Shown piece by piece: positions 28,401-40,317 of a stretch of 64,000 nucleotides of DNA. Origin of the DNA: Monocercomonoides exilis PA203 (Eukaryota > Protista > Preaxostyla); the NCBI GenBank assembly GCA_001643675.2, contig LSRY02000005.1, positions 434,001 to 498,000 of the forward strand, read 5' to 3'. Each line of letters begins with the position of its first letter. Position 1 is the first letter of the stretch. Under the pieces are notes generated by a model. That model had not been told where the DNA came from, searched no databases, and saw nothing but the letters and a program-made list of their open reading frames with translations. The position numbers and the translations under genes are program-made.

Positions 28401-31366
28401 TCTTTGTGAGCTCTGGAGGAGCAAAAGGCGGGGAGAACAACAGACAATGTGGGAAAGAAGACAAGTGCTGTGAAACGCTGGGATATGGGCTGGCACACAT
28501 TGTGCACGAGTATGGAACGCGAGTTGTGGTGGATGAAGCAAGCGAAGTGGAAACAGAGATCAAGCTGGAGAATCTCACACTGCTGGCAAAGGGAAGCAGG
28601 GCAACAGTGGGGATGAGCAGATTGGTGAGGAAAGAGAAGGGTTGTGTTGTGGAGTGCAAGGGGAATGTGAGTGTGGAGAGAATCAGCTTTGAGATTCCAG
28701 AAGTTCTTCCAACAGAACACGAGCAGATATTTGGTGTGGAGGAGGGAACACTTTCAATGAGTGAATGTTGGGTGAAGCCAGCTGAAGGAGGCAATGTGTG
28801 CAGATTGCCAACGCTGATGCATGGAGAAAGATCATCAGTCACAATAACTGGATTAATTGTTTCACAGTTTGCATGTACTTCGCTTGTTGAATTTGTTGAG
28901 TGTGAGGTGAAGTTATCAGAAGTTGTTGTGGAGCAAGGTGAGAGCAGGAATGGGTTGGTTTTCTTGAGGAATGGAGAGATGAATGTGAAGGAACTTGATG
29001 TGGTGGATGTGAAAATTGAGAATGGGCCTGCTGTCAATATGTTGAGAGAGGGTGGAAATGAGAATAATGGAATGTTAGCAGATGAGAAGAGGAGGAAGCA
29101 GCTGAGAGGTGATGAGAAAAGAATGGATGTGATATTATCGAAGTTCAGCAACATCAGCCGAACAAGTGAAGGAGCATGTGGAGTGGAATGTGAAGACGGA
29201 GAAGGGAAGGTCATGCTGCAAAACTGTTCGTTTGCAGAATGTGAGTCAAGAAGCACTCGGGGGATTGAAGCCTCTTTTTGCAAGTGCACGAGTTTAATAT
29301 TGGACTCAAGCATGTTTGTGGGTGCTCTTGAGGAAAATGAACAAATGAAAGAAAAAGAGGGATTTGAGAGAGATGAAATATGCAGATGGAATGGCTCTGT
29401 TGTGGATGTTGAAGAGAGCGTTGTGAGCATGAAAGATGTGTCAGTTTCAAACTCATCATTGGGTGGGCTGTCGGTGAAGGGAGGAGAGGTGAAGATTGTC
29501 TCAGGCCTCTTTGCATTCAATAGCTTGACAATTCGAGGCTTTCCATCAGCAAGAAGAAACATAATATGCTCTGATTCTGCTCAGCTGAATATTGTGAGTC
29601 TGAAGGGAGGAGATGGAGTGAAGGATAATTCGTCATTGTGGATTCTGAATGATGGATGCATCTTGAAGGGGATCGTTGAGGAGCGAGCATCACCGCTGTT
29701 TATCCCAATTCTTCGATCTGCCACATCAGAACAGAACGAAGAGCTTTTGAACGTTGTGTTCAGAGGAGCACTTCTTCTGCCATGCAATCTTTCTTTTCGG
29801 ATGACTTCCTCCATTGGAGATGTTGAGCAGGTCGAGACTCATGAAATACCCGACTCGGGCTTTGTGAGCGAAGAGGAAGTTAATGTGGCAATTGAATCTG
29901 GAATTGTGAGAACAGCAGACGCAAATGCAGAGGTGAGCGTGTGCATTCTGTTTGGAAATACAGAATCTCTTTCATCAACAGATTCATTCATTTTGAAGAA
30001 CAAAAGTGAAACTGAACCAAAAAAAGATGTAAAAATTGTTGAAGGAGGAAAAGAAGGAAAAATCTCATGGGCTTTGATTGTTTGCATTGTGATTGTGGTG
30101 GTATTGTTAATAGTATCCATAGTATTCATTGTTCGATGGAGGAAGGTGAAGAATGAAGCAGAAGATCTGAGAGAGATTGTGAATGATAACATCAGAAAAG
30201 ATCCGAAGCTGATTGAGATGGTGACGATGGAGATGTCTCCTGAGGAGCAGTGGAGGAGAGCAGAGAGGGAGGCTGAGAAGAAGAATGATGAGAGGATAAA
30301 GAAGAGAATACATGATACGAATATGGAACATTCAGAGTCATCAGAGCATCTTCTATCTGAGAGTGGTTCAACTGAATACATTCTGGGGAGAGACTCAGAC
30401 AAGATCCCAGAATGGGCACTGGAAAAGGTTGAAGAAGAAGAGATTCGAAAGAGAACTCCTTCACCATCCATCTCATCCACTTCAACGACTGATTCAGATT
30501 CCACTTTTATCCGACCAGAGAGCATGTGTCCAACCACCTCATCGATGTCGAATCTGGTGGATGCGATGGCATGCTCATCACCTCATGAAAAATTGATTGT
30601 GGACTTGAGAGATTCGCTGTTCATGCTGCTTCATGGGAGGAACAAGACAAAGGAAATGCCGATTGGCTCACTGAAAGAAAGAGAACAAACAGCTTCCCAA
30701 ATTATGTTCTGGGTGGCCAATCTTGCGCTCCACTCATTTGATGAAATGGAAAATCCTCTTTCTTCTCTTTCCAACCTCAGTCCGCACATTGTTTTATTCT
30801 CTGAGCATATGGTAATCTGCATTGTGATGCACTCAGACTTCTTGTCTGATGATGACTCGGATTCATCCTCCATCTCATCATCAACAGTTATCACTTCTGC
30901 CAGTGATGATGATGATGACTCACTTCCCTCATCAGCATTTGAGGATGAGGATAGCTTCAAAAAAGAGTGTTTGAGGTGGAAGGCACCAGAACTGCTGATG
31001 AACAAGAAGCTGGGAGCGACAAAGAAGTCAGTTGGCTTTTCGATTGGGATGATGCTGTGGGAGTGCTTGACACTGCAGATCCCGTTTGGAGAGTATCCAG
31101 CAGAGGTGGCAGGGCAGAAGATTGTGAATGGCGAAAAGCCAAAGCCAGAGGCTGTTGAAAACTCGTCTTTGAGCAACGCGGTGAGATGCACAATAGTCCA
31201 GCAGCCAAACGATCGGCCGGCACTCACTGATTTGAAGAAGGAGTTCATCCAGCACTTTCCAGAAGGAGCAATGGTCATGACCATTGCTGATGCAGTTGAT
31301 TACCAGATGCCATCTGAGTGCAACTCGCAGATCCCTGATTCAAGCAGCTCGCTCATATCATTGTGA
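22404..31366 (+). CDS. Giant single-pass receptor-like protein with a repetitive pectin-lyase/Pmp-like beta-helix ectodomain and a pseudokinase domain (~2959 aa)
   Basis: The 353-aa and 2621-aa ORFs join in frame via intron 23388-23470 (GTATGT..ATAG). Features: signal peptide MLKIVLICLF, repeated CG-x4-5-C-x-[TS] and GG[AG][IVL]/FxxC/GxxxF motifs, TM ISWALIVCIVIVVVLLIVSIVFIV, then RWKAPE, FSIGMMLWE, IPF and DRP. Confidence 0.88.
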
Positions 31367-32613
31367 GTGTGCGAATGGCTTCAACTGCATCTTCTTCAAA
31401 AAGCACAAATGGCATTTGCCAATGAAAGAGACTCAAATGAGGTTGCAAGATCTTTTCTGAACAGAAAACGGATCCTCTGAAAACGGTAATATTTCGATGC
31501 TTGTGGAAGTCTCGAGCATGCAATCCATTGATCTTTCGGAAAGATCGAGCGGAGTTCAAGCAGAGCTTTGTTAAAGCTGTGCGAATGCTGTTTGAACCGA
31601 ATGGGAGACATATTATTTCAGTTTGTGGAAATTCATTTCAAGCCACTTTCTGAATAACGCTTGCTCCATTTTTTTTTTGCTTTTGAGTTTATTATCAGGT
31701 TTTGTTCTTGGTTGAGTGTGTGTATTTGATTATGTGATTCAATTCTTTTCGTTTTCTTCATTTTTTCTTATTTATTTATTTATTTATTTTTGTTTTTAAT
31801 GAGAATAATGAATGGTTTTCTGACCAATCAAAAACGTGCTTTTGAGAAAAGTGCTTCCAAGAGTTGTTTTTGCTGTTTTGTCTTTCCTGGTTGCTTGTTT
31901 GCATGATTTTGGTTCAAAAGAAGAAACAAACAACAATCACTCAAAGCATCAAACGAAGAGCACATGGCTAACGATTGAAAAACTGAGCACAAAAAGTTTG
32001 GATATGAATGAAGGAGTTGAATAAACTTTGTGCAACTTTTTCAGTCTCTCTTTTCAACAGCGCGAGAGTATTTTGTTCCAAAAATAATTGAATAAAAACA
32101 ATCTTCCTTCCCCTTGCGTTAGCCTTTCTATCTTCAATTCAATTGCAAACAATTGTTTTTAAATGAAAAATAATGTATCCAAGCCAGAAAGTCAAGTTCA
32201 ACTTCAATCTGTCAAGCCATTGACAAACAAAAGACGAACCAACAATTTCAATTGCATTATTGCCATTTCAGATTTTGAGTATCGTTGAAAATCATTGCCT
32301 TTCGTTCGAATCCTTCAGCTGCTCTTTGGTGTTCAAAACCCTCAGGAAAGCAAAAACAATTATTCATTGATGCTCTTTTCCATTTCACTTTCTTTTGTTA
32401 ATGAGTCTCCTCCGCAGTTATTTTCTCCTTCATTCACTCATCCCAAAAATCTCATTCCACAATTGGATCGATTTATTTTATTTCATCTTTGAACATGCAC
32501 GAAATAGAAATAGACCCTTTTCTTTTTTCATGATGGCAATCGCTCGCATTTCCGAAGCAAAGTGGTAAAAAATACCACAAAACTTATCTGTTTTTCTTCA
32601 TTCGTCTTCTGTT

Positions 32614-35400
32614 TCATTTGATTTTGGCTTCCTTCAACAGCCACTTCACCTGCTTGCCAAGTCCCGCCTTGCTCAGCTCTGCATCCTTCACGCTGCTCAC
32701 CGCAATTCCCAAACTCTTTCCCGCTTCCTCTTCGCAAAAGCCTGCCCCTCCATAATCATATGCTTCTTGCCCCTTTCCGCTCTCACTCCTCAGTGACTCT
32801 GAACGCGATATATGGTGGCTCCTGTATCCATGTCGATGATGCCTGTGATGAGAATGGTCATTATTCATTGCGTGTTGCGCATCCCATTCTTCAATCAATT
32901 TGCTCAGTGAAGAGTTTTTATCTCTTCTCAGGAAGCTATTGTCACAATACCCATGAGAGCAATCATGATGTCGCCTGTGATGCCTGTGTTCATGCTTTGT
33001 GGTTGTCTTCAACGAACTCACCATCGAGCTTGCATCTGAACTGTCTCTGCAAAGCCTTGCTTCGCTATGCTCCTTCTCTTCCCCTTTGGGTTCATCATTT
33101 AATTCTTCATCTGCGTTTCCTCCTCCTTTTCTCTCTGATTTTCTTTTCTCCACACAATTAATACGAGCAGATTTCTCGCTAAATCCTCTTTTCTCAAATC
33201 CTTTTCCCAATGCTAGTCTCTTTTCTTTGCCATCTTCATCGCCTTCATCATCATCATCATCAAATATCAAGCTCTTTTTTTCCTTTATGCGCAAATTCTC
33301 TTTCCGCTTTCCCCTTGCTTTTTCCTGACTCAAAACATCCTTCGTTATTTCTTCTCCTCCATCCTTTTTCTTCAAAATATTATCATAATCTTCTTTTTTA
33401 GCATCTTCAATATATCTTCTCTGCAATATGTGCTCTTTTTCCTCTTTTTTGTTTACTGTGCTTCCTCTTCTTTTCATCTTTTGCGCTTCAAACAGATCTT
33501 GGTCCTCTTCTTCAGATGCATCTCCAATCTCAAATATCTCGTCTCTCCCAATACTAATTTTCTTGCCTATTCCCGTTTCCCATCTCTCTTCCTCTCTCCT
33601 TTCAGCCTCGTAAATTCTTGGCTCTTTTCTTTTTCCTCCTCCTCTTTCGTCCACTTCTTCTTCTTTAATTCCTGTTTTAGTCTTCTGTTTCCTTTCTTTT
33701 CTATCCTCAGCAGCATCATCAATGTGCCACTCATAAATCCCTGACCCCCGCTTCAAAGTGTCGTATGCTTTGTCGCTTTCTTCTGAGCTATCTCCTTTTC
33801 CCTCAGCAAAATCCTCCATCTTGCTCTCCCCGCATCCCCCAATCATCGCAATGTCTGCCAAAGAGACTGTAATAGGACTTGATGCACCTTCTCTCTTGAG
33901 CACAATCTGCTCTGAAAGAAGCGAAGAATATGGAAAGTCGGAAGAAGGCAAATCGATCCTGCTGATATCAGCTTCCAAAGATGTTTCGCCTGAAGACAAA
34001 GCAGTCTCTGCCTTCATTTCTGTATTTTGCTTCGAAGATAATAAAGGTTCGTTCATTAGAGACGATGCCACTGAAGAGGATTCCCTTAGGCCTGATGAAG
34101 ACAGAGAAGTGGTTTCGCTGTGCGACATTTTCATCTGATTCGGTGAATCATGCAATGCATTTGAGTTCGCCAGCAGAGATCTGTCAGTCTGTTCAGCTGA
34201 TAGCCCTTGAGTTGCATTGGCACTGTGCTCTGCCTTTTCTTCCTTCATTCCTCCACCCAAAAAGCCCAACCGAAATCGTTTTCTCGGGGGCTGCATGTTG
34301 CTCATTCGATGGAGTTTTTCATCAGCGCTTGCAGATGCACGAGCAACAATTTCTGCGCTGATGTGTGCCGCATGCAATTTCAGTTCATCTTCTTTGGCAG
34401 CTTCTCCAAGTCCGAAAACGCTTCCCAAAAAACCTTTTCCTTTCTCCCCTTCGTTGGCCCCTGATTCTTTTCTGTTCACCTTCTGCTGCCCTTTCTTGCT
34501 CTCAGCATGCCCCACATTCACTTTTTCTTTTGATGTAAGTTTTTCAGTCATCGGCAAAAACAAGTCATCCTCGTCAATTGCCCCATGTACTCCATATACT
34601 GTGCTAGATGACTGCACGGCTTCGCCGTCTTCTATCTCGCGACTCGTTCCGTCATACACCTCCGAAAACAGTTTGTCAAACTCTTCGTCCCATCCCTCTG
34701 ATTCCTCCCAAGCTCCTTCGTCTTCGCTGCTCACTTCCCTTTCCTCTATAATTTGCGTGCATTTGTCTGCTGTTTTATCGAGACCGACTAAAGCAATCTC
34801 CATCGACAAAATACAATTCATAAACAAATTCTTCTTGTTTTATAATCCCAATTGAATCAAATTTATAATTTTCCCAATTTTTCTGGAATTCAAATTGCCC
34901 TAAGATTCTGTGCTGTTTGGCCTCCTTACTCCTCCGTGAAGCAAGAAAAGCGTAAAACAATTATATTAAAATATAAAAATGGTCCTGATCCGCTCATAAT
35001 TATTCTCTCCTGCCTCTTCCAGACATCCATCATCCGTCCCAGACCTTCAGCCATTCGTGCCTCTCTGATTGTGAAGTGCTGAGAAGCAGCCAGGCAGAAG
35101 TGCTCTTTGTGAAGTGCTTCCAAAAACAAACTCAACAACCAATTTCTCAAAAGAGGCAGGTGAAAATTTGAAGAACTGATTGGGATGGGGAAAAACAACA
35201 AATAAATAAATAAATAAACTGCACAATAACGCAATCTCAAAGGCAACCACGAATTCTTGCTGTGATGTGAGCCAGTCGCATTCCATTTTGTTCTTCTTCA
35301 TCGCTCGCAATCTCCCCTTTATCCTTTTCCTCTCCAAAATTCGTTTTTCCAACCATTCCTTCTCCCAAAATTCTGGCATTCGGCTGAAGCAGACGTTGCT
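32614..35400 (-). CDS. Hypothetical Glu/Lys-rich protein: a 737-aa terminal exon plus probable upstream exons
   Basis: Long ORF 32614-34827 with a TTT-proximal non-ATG start implies splicing. Coding-like pieces lie at ~35400-35251 and 35078-34990. Whether it is separate from the BCD1-like gene is unresolved. Confidence 0.55.
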
Positions 35401-35449
35401 TTGCGGATGTCCATCAATAGCTCCAGAAACACTTTCCCAGGCAATATGC

Positions 35450-36340
35450 TCATTGTGGTGGCTGTGGCATTGCAGGTGTGTGCATCGTGGCTGCAAATGA
35501 ATCATAATAATCTGCTCCAAAAAAAGAACAGAAAAAGTGAACACGAAAAATGAAAAAAGAAAAACAAAGAATTCTGAAACCTTGGGGCAAATAAGCTCCG
35601 AAAGAAAATGGCTGAAATGGAACTTGGGGAGCATAGCAAAAAGGAGAATAATATCCAGCCATCCCCTGCGGCACTGGGGCACTCTCTGCTGGCTGAAGCA
35701 CAGGCACCACTTTCTCACCCTTTTGCTCCCCAGAAGCTTGCTCGTAGCTGTTTTCTGCAAGGTGTCGCTGCTTCTGCGGTCGAACTTCTTCCATTCCATC
35801 ATCCTTGCTCTTGTCTTTCCCATCCCGTTTTTCTTGCGCAATAAATGCCTGGAACAGCGCACCTTTCGATGATTGCTGTGTCCCTTCCCTTTTCACACTG
35901 CTTTCTTTCATCGACGCTTCAACAGCCTCCAGCTCGCTCATCATCGCTTCATACAAAATCGGCTTTGCCCCGAACCGTGGCATTGCCGGCACCTCCTCTT
36001 CACCACGTTCCCCAATTTTTATTTCCTTGCGCGCCTGCTGCATCTTCCTTACCAGGTTCTCGGGAGGCACAAACGAAGGCCTTTTCGCTTCCTTTTCTTT
36101 TCGCTTCGCCCTCTCCACCTCCAGCGCCATCGACTCCAGGAAGTGCAGGTCCGAAACCATCGTTTGCACATTCATCTCTGACAGACGCACAAACTGCTGC
36201 GGCTGCCTCTTCCCCGTGCACCCGCTCTGTTCTTTGTGTTTCTTCACACACTCCACACAGCATGTCCGCACCCCGCACTCCGGGCACTTGTACTTCCACT
36301 CCTGCTTTTTGCATATTTCGCACATGCCTTCGTCTGCCAT
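35450..36340 (-). CDS. BCD1: BCD1/ZNHIT6-like box C/D snoRNP assembly factor (zf-HIT)
   Basis: CEICKKQEWKYKCPECGVRTCCVECVKKHKEQSGCTGKR followed by FVRLSEM..MVSDLHFLE, the characteristic BCD1 N-terminus. A probable intron starts at ~35580; the 3' end is uncertain. Confidence 0.82.
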   Translation of the reverse strand: MADEGMCEICKKQEWKYKCPECGVRTCCVECVKKHKEQSGCTGKRQPQQFVRLSEMNVQTMVSDLHFLESMALEVERAKRKEKEAKRPSFVPPENLVRKMQQARKEIKIGERGEEEVPAMPRFGAKPILYEAMMSELEAVEASMKESSVKREGTQQSSKGALFQAFIAQEKRDGKDKSKDDGMEEVRPQKQRHLAENSYEQASGEQKGEKVVPVLQPAESAPVPQGMAGYYSPFCYAPQVPFQPFSFGAYLPQGFRILCFSFFIFRVHFFCSFFGADYYDSFAATMHTPAMPQPPQ

Positions 36341-36865
36341 CTGCTGGTTGCTGCGCTAAGAGTGGGCTTTTACAAAAAAATTCTCTCAGGACAAAATAAC
36401 CTATGGGCCAAGAACAAAAGAAAAAACATCCACCACAAATACCTCTATCCATCAGAAACTTTTATCTATCTTCAAGCATGTGAGCAGATTAAGCACTTGC
36501 CAGAATTCGTTGAAGTCGCTCAATCGGAAAGAGATTGGAAAAAAAGAGATTTTCATTTTTTCAACTTGAAACAGAAGTTTTGAAAGCTTCGTCTGACAGC
36601 TTCAATGCATCAACTTAAAATTACCCATTTTAAATAAACATGCAAAAATATAGGGGGAAAAAAATAATGAGCAGGGAGAAGTGAAGCAGTGGCAAACACA
36701 ATAATAATGGAGAATGCTTCAAAACCTCAACAGAAAACACATACAACCAAAAATCTAACAAAAAGCTTCACGAAAAACGCAAACATTAAAGCAATATTAC
36801 AACACAAATAAATCGAAAAATGAAATTGAAAGTGAACGGAAAAGAGAAAAAATGAATGCAACCGT

Positions 36866-39740
36866 CTAGCAAATCGACTCTCCCCTCTCTTCCTTCTCCT
36901 TCATCCTCTTCACTGTGCACCGCAGCTGCTCTCTGTCTTTCTGCGAAAGAGCCCCGCTGCGCATGTGGGCCTTCCAGGAGGGCGGCAGCACGAGGCGGTC
37001 GAAGGGCACAGGCTGCGCCAGGCGCTTGGCATCGAAGGTGCGCAGCAGATAGATGGCCAGCTGCTGGTCGGCTGTGCGGATGTGGCTCATGATCCACATC
37101 GAGCAGAACGCCACAACATCCGACAGCGGCGCCTCGCCTGCCTCGATGCCTGCCACAAACGCCAGCGCCGAGCCCAGCAGCTCCACGTGTGCCTGGCAGT
37201 GTCTGTTCTGCACCTGCGCCGGATAGTGCGTGGCCTCCATCATCTGCTCCTCGTCTGCAAAGTGGATCATCGCCACTGCCAGCAGCTTGTCCCCTGCCTG
37301 CGCCACCTCTGCCAGCGGGGCGTGCTGCGCAACCAGCGCCACAATTGCTGCCAGCGTGTTGACCAGCACGTGGTGTGCCTCGTCCATCCGCCCCACCTGC
37401 GTCACCAGCTCTTCGCTCCACACAATCTGCTCCTCCTCCGCAGAGGTCGCAAGATGTTCAATATACATCGTTTTGCTTTGAACGCCACGGAGTATTCGCG
37501 GAAGAGGAGAAAAGCACAGCGCAAACACCATCAGCATCACTATCAGAAATATAATGAACAGCACAATGACAAGCGAAGGAATAACATTCACAACTCCCTT
37601 GATGTACTTCTCCCGCAGGAGCTCTGCCATTTTAATCCCATCTCCAAGATCAAATTTTGAGGCTGTTGTGATGAACTGAAAAGACGGATTGGTCGGCACA
37701 AGCTCCTCGTCCTTCGCGTTTGTGAGCGTCTGCACGTTGTCAATGAAAAGCAGAAGAAGAGCATTCAGCCCATAGAACTCGTCTGTCATGCCTGCAATCC
37801 GACCTTCTTTGCACAGCGCTTCATTCAGCATGAGGCACTTCACTTTGCTGTTCAGCAAGGTTTCCACATCGTGGTTGACCCCCTGCGACCTCGACGCTGT
37901 CATCGAATCGATCGCATCATCACCAGACGGAGGAGCAGAATCCGAGCCTACAAGCAAAATGCTGTTGAGTGATATCAGCAGCGAGTTCAGCCCTTTCAGC
38001 ACAGAAGCCACCTTCTGCTGCGACAAGAGAAAGGATGTGTTGAAGAGAACAGGAGAAGTTATCTGGAGAGATGCATGTGTTGCCTCCTCAAGAGAAGAAG
38101 ACGTTGAAAGACGTTTCGATGAGCGCTTACTCATCTCCCTCAATCTTTCCTGCCACTCTTTTCCATTTGAGCGCTCATACTCAAACACAGCTGCACGCTC
38201 TTCCCCTACCGTTGAGTTGCCCACAAGCATTGCTGCAAATCCTGCAATTTGTAAAGTCAGCACACTTCGCTGCCCTTCCATCGCCAGCTTTCCCACCTCA
38301 TCGCTGATAAGCATACTCTCAACAATCACTCCTATTTTAAATGAAATTGCATTTCTTTTCATTTTCCATCGTCTTTTGTTTCTCCTCTTCATCCTTTTTG
38401 GTTGTTTTTCCTTTTGTTTGTTCATAAACAGGCTTCAGAAGCCATTTTCTGTGTGAATTAGCTTTTGATAGAAAAGCACCCAAAAAGGCAAAGAGAACAG
38501 GCAAAACAGCACAAATGATCCAAGAAAGAGCAGAAAGCGAATAATAAACAGAAGATGAAGAAGACGAAGAAGGATTGGAGGACAAAGAGAAAGAAGAGGA
38601 AGAGGAAGAGGAAGAGAATGTGTCAGATGCATCAGAATAAGTTGATGGAAAATGAAATTTTGATTTAATAGAAGATGGCTCATATTTCAGTTGCTCTTTT
38701 CTGACAATTTCAGAAGCTGCAGTTTCAGGCAGAGAAACTGCGTCCAGCTGCACCAGCAGATTCTGAATGAAGCCGATCGCAAAACTTGCCCAACCAGCAC
38801 CTGACGCTGCAGACAGCATGGCGCAGTAGATTGTGTTCGGCCGGATGGAGAAAAAGGGCTGCTTCAGTGCCACAAGCAGCGCAAGCAGCAGGAACGCCAG
38901 GCCGATCCCGAGCGATGTGAAGACAGGGCTCAGAACCTGCAGCAGTGTGGCTGCCATCACTACAGCAGAAATGGCACTCTCGATAAACGCCAGAAGCCCC
39001 GTCCGCCGCAAAGTGAAGTCGCTTTTTTCAGAGAAAGTGGGCTGGAAATGGAAGTAGAAGACAAGCACCCAAAACGCATTCAGCACAAACACAAACACAG
39101 CACAAGTTATTCCAAGATCAAGCCCCGAGCCGCCTTCGCAGAACGACAAGTTCGACTTGATTCTCATGGATATGCTGGACGAGTCAGCAATCGAAGAATT
39201 GATGAAGCACGTCAGCGGAGAAAGAAGGAATATGATGTTGGGGATTCTCAGCACTCGACTTGATAAAAGCAGAAGAAATGATGCTGTGTTCCGCAAAAAC
39301 TGGTTCATCCTTTTTTGTGCTGTTGAGGTGAGACATAATGCAAACATTAGCAAAATAGGGATGATGCACAAAATCGAAGATATTATGAAAAACGTAATTA
39401 ACGCAGTTGATGACAAAAATCGGATCGAAGGATCGAGATATCGTCTAAAAAAGATGGGAAAAATGCCGAATAAAATAAGGTTAACACATATTTAACATCA
39501 TTTCTTTCAGATATTGCTGAGGGCAAACCCCAATGTCTTCATGACTTCGGGAAATCCCATTGAAAAAATATCCACTCGCTTGAACCCCAAAAAGCAAAGT
39601 TGGAACCCATTGATAATGCACATCAAAGTGAAAGAATTACGTGTGAAGGCTTTCCATTACTGAGCCAAAAAATGACAAAACAATAAAAATTCTTTTTCAA
39701 ATAGACAAAAAAACAAACTGGATATCCAGTCTTCATAAAT
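36866..39740 (-). CDS. Multi-pass membrane protein (TmcB-like architecture) with a C-terminal hemerythrin domain; possibly disrupted
   Basis: The 359-aa ORF has about 7 hydrophobic segments (KQPFFSIRPN motif). It overlaps in a different frame with a 519-aa ORF that carries a TM helix followed by the hemerythrin motifs VWSEEL, MDEAH, HFADEE, HCQAH and HIRTAD. The junction near 38340-38430 and the 5' exons are not cleanly spliceable by eye. Confidence 0.75.
37045..37430 (-). other. Hemerythrin (bacteriohemerythrin-type) di-iron domain
   Basis: All seven canonical ligands are present in order (H; HxxxE; HxxxH; HxxxxD), together with the N-terminal W and the YP motif. Confidence 0.92.
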
Positions 39741-40317
39741 GCAAAAAGCCTATTTTTATAAAGCAATAATTCAGTGAAATTCAATAATCATCAATTATAT
39801 GGCGATACATTCGCGTTGAACTTGAAAAGTGCGCGGAAACGAGATTGTCTCCAAATCCGCTACTCAAATGTTTTGCAAGTATCCGTCGCAGCGGAAACAT
39901 ATCTTGTGCAAGTGCGCTTCCTCTATGACGTTGTTATAGGCCTTTTAAGACAAAAATTGCAATTGTTTGATCAACAATAAATATTATAAAATTATTTTTG
40001 AGATTTTTTTAAAAATTATGAAGTTTATTATAATTAGTTGTCAGCTTTTTGAATGAAATTCATTAAATGAATACAAAAGAAAAAATGCTGTTTATCAAGA
40101 ATTATTGTCTTGTCGGCAAATTTGTTTTTAAACTTGATAATTTTTGTTAATTTCGTTTGGTACATGAAATTTTTTCGATAAGCATCTGCAAATGTTAAAA
40201 TTTGAGCAATGATACAAGTATTCATGATAATACATTTTGTTATCTGCATGTTCATTACATCATAATTATATGTGAATATTTTCCAGACATATCTATTACA
40301 GTAGAAAGATCAAAGAA

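Noticed and set aside
23844-31284. Many long antisense ORFs opposite the receptor gene, and likewise opposite other large genes
   Set aside because: Shadow ORFs caused by sense-strand codon bias and low complexity; no motifs of their own.
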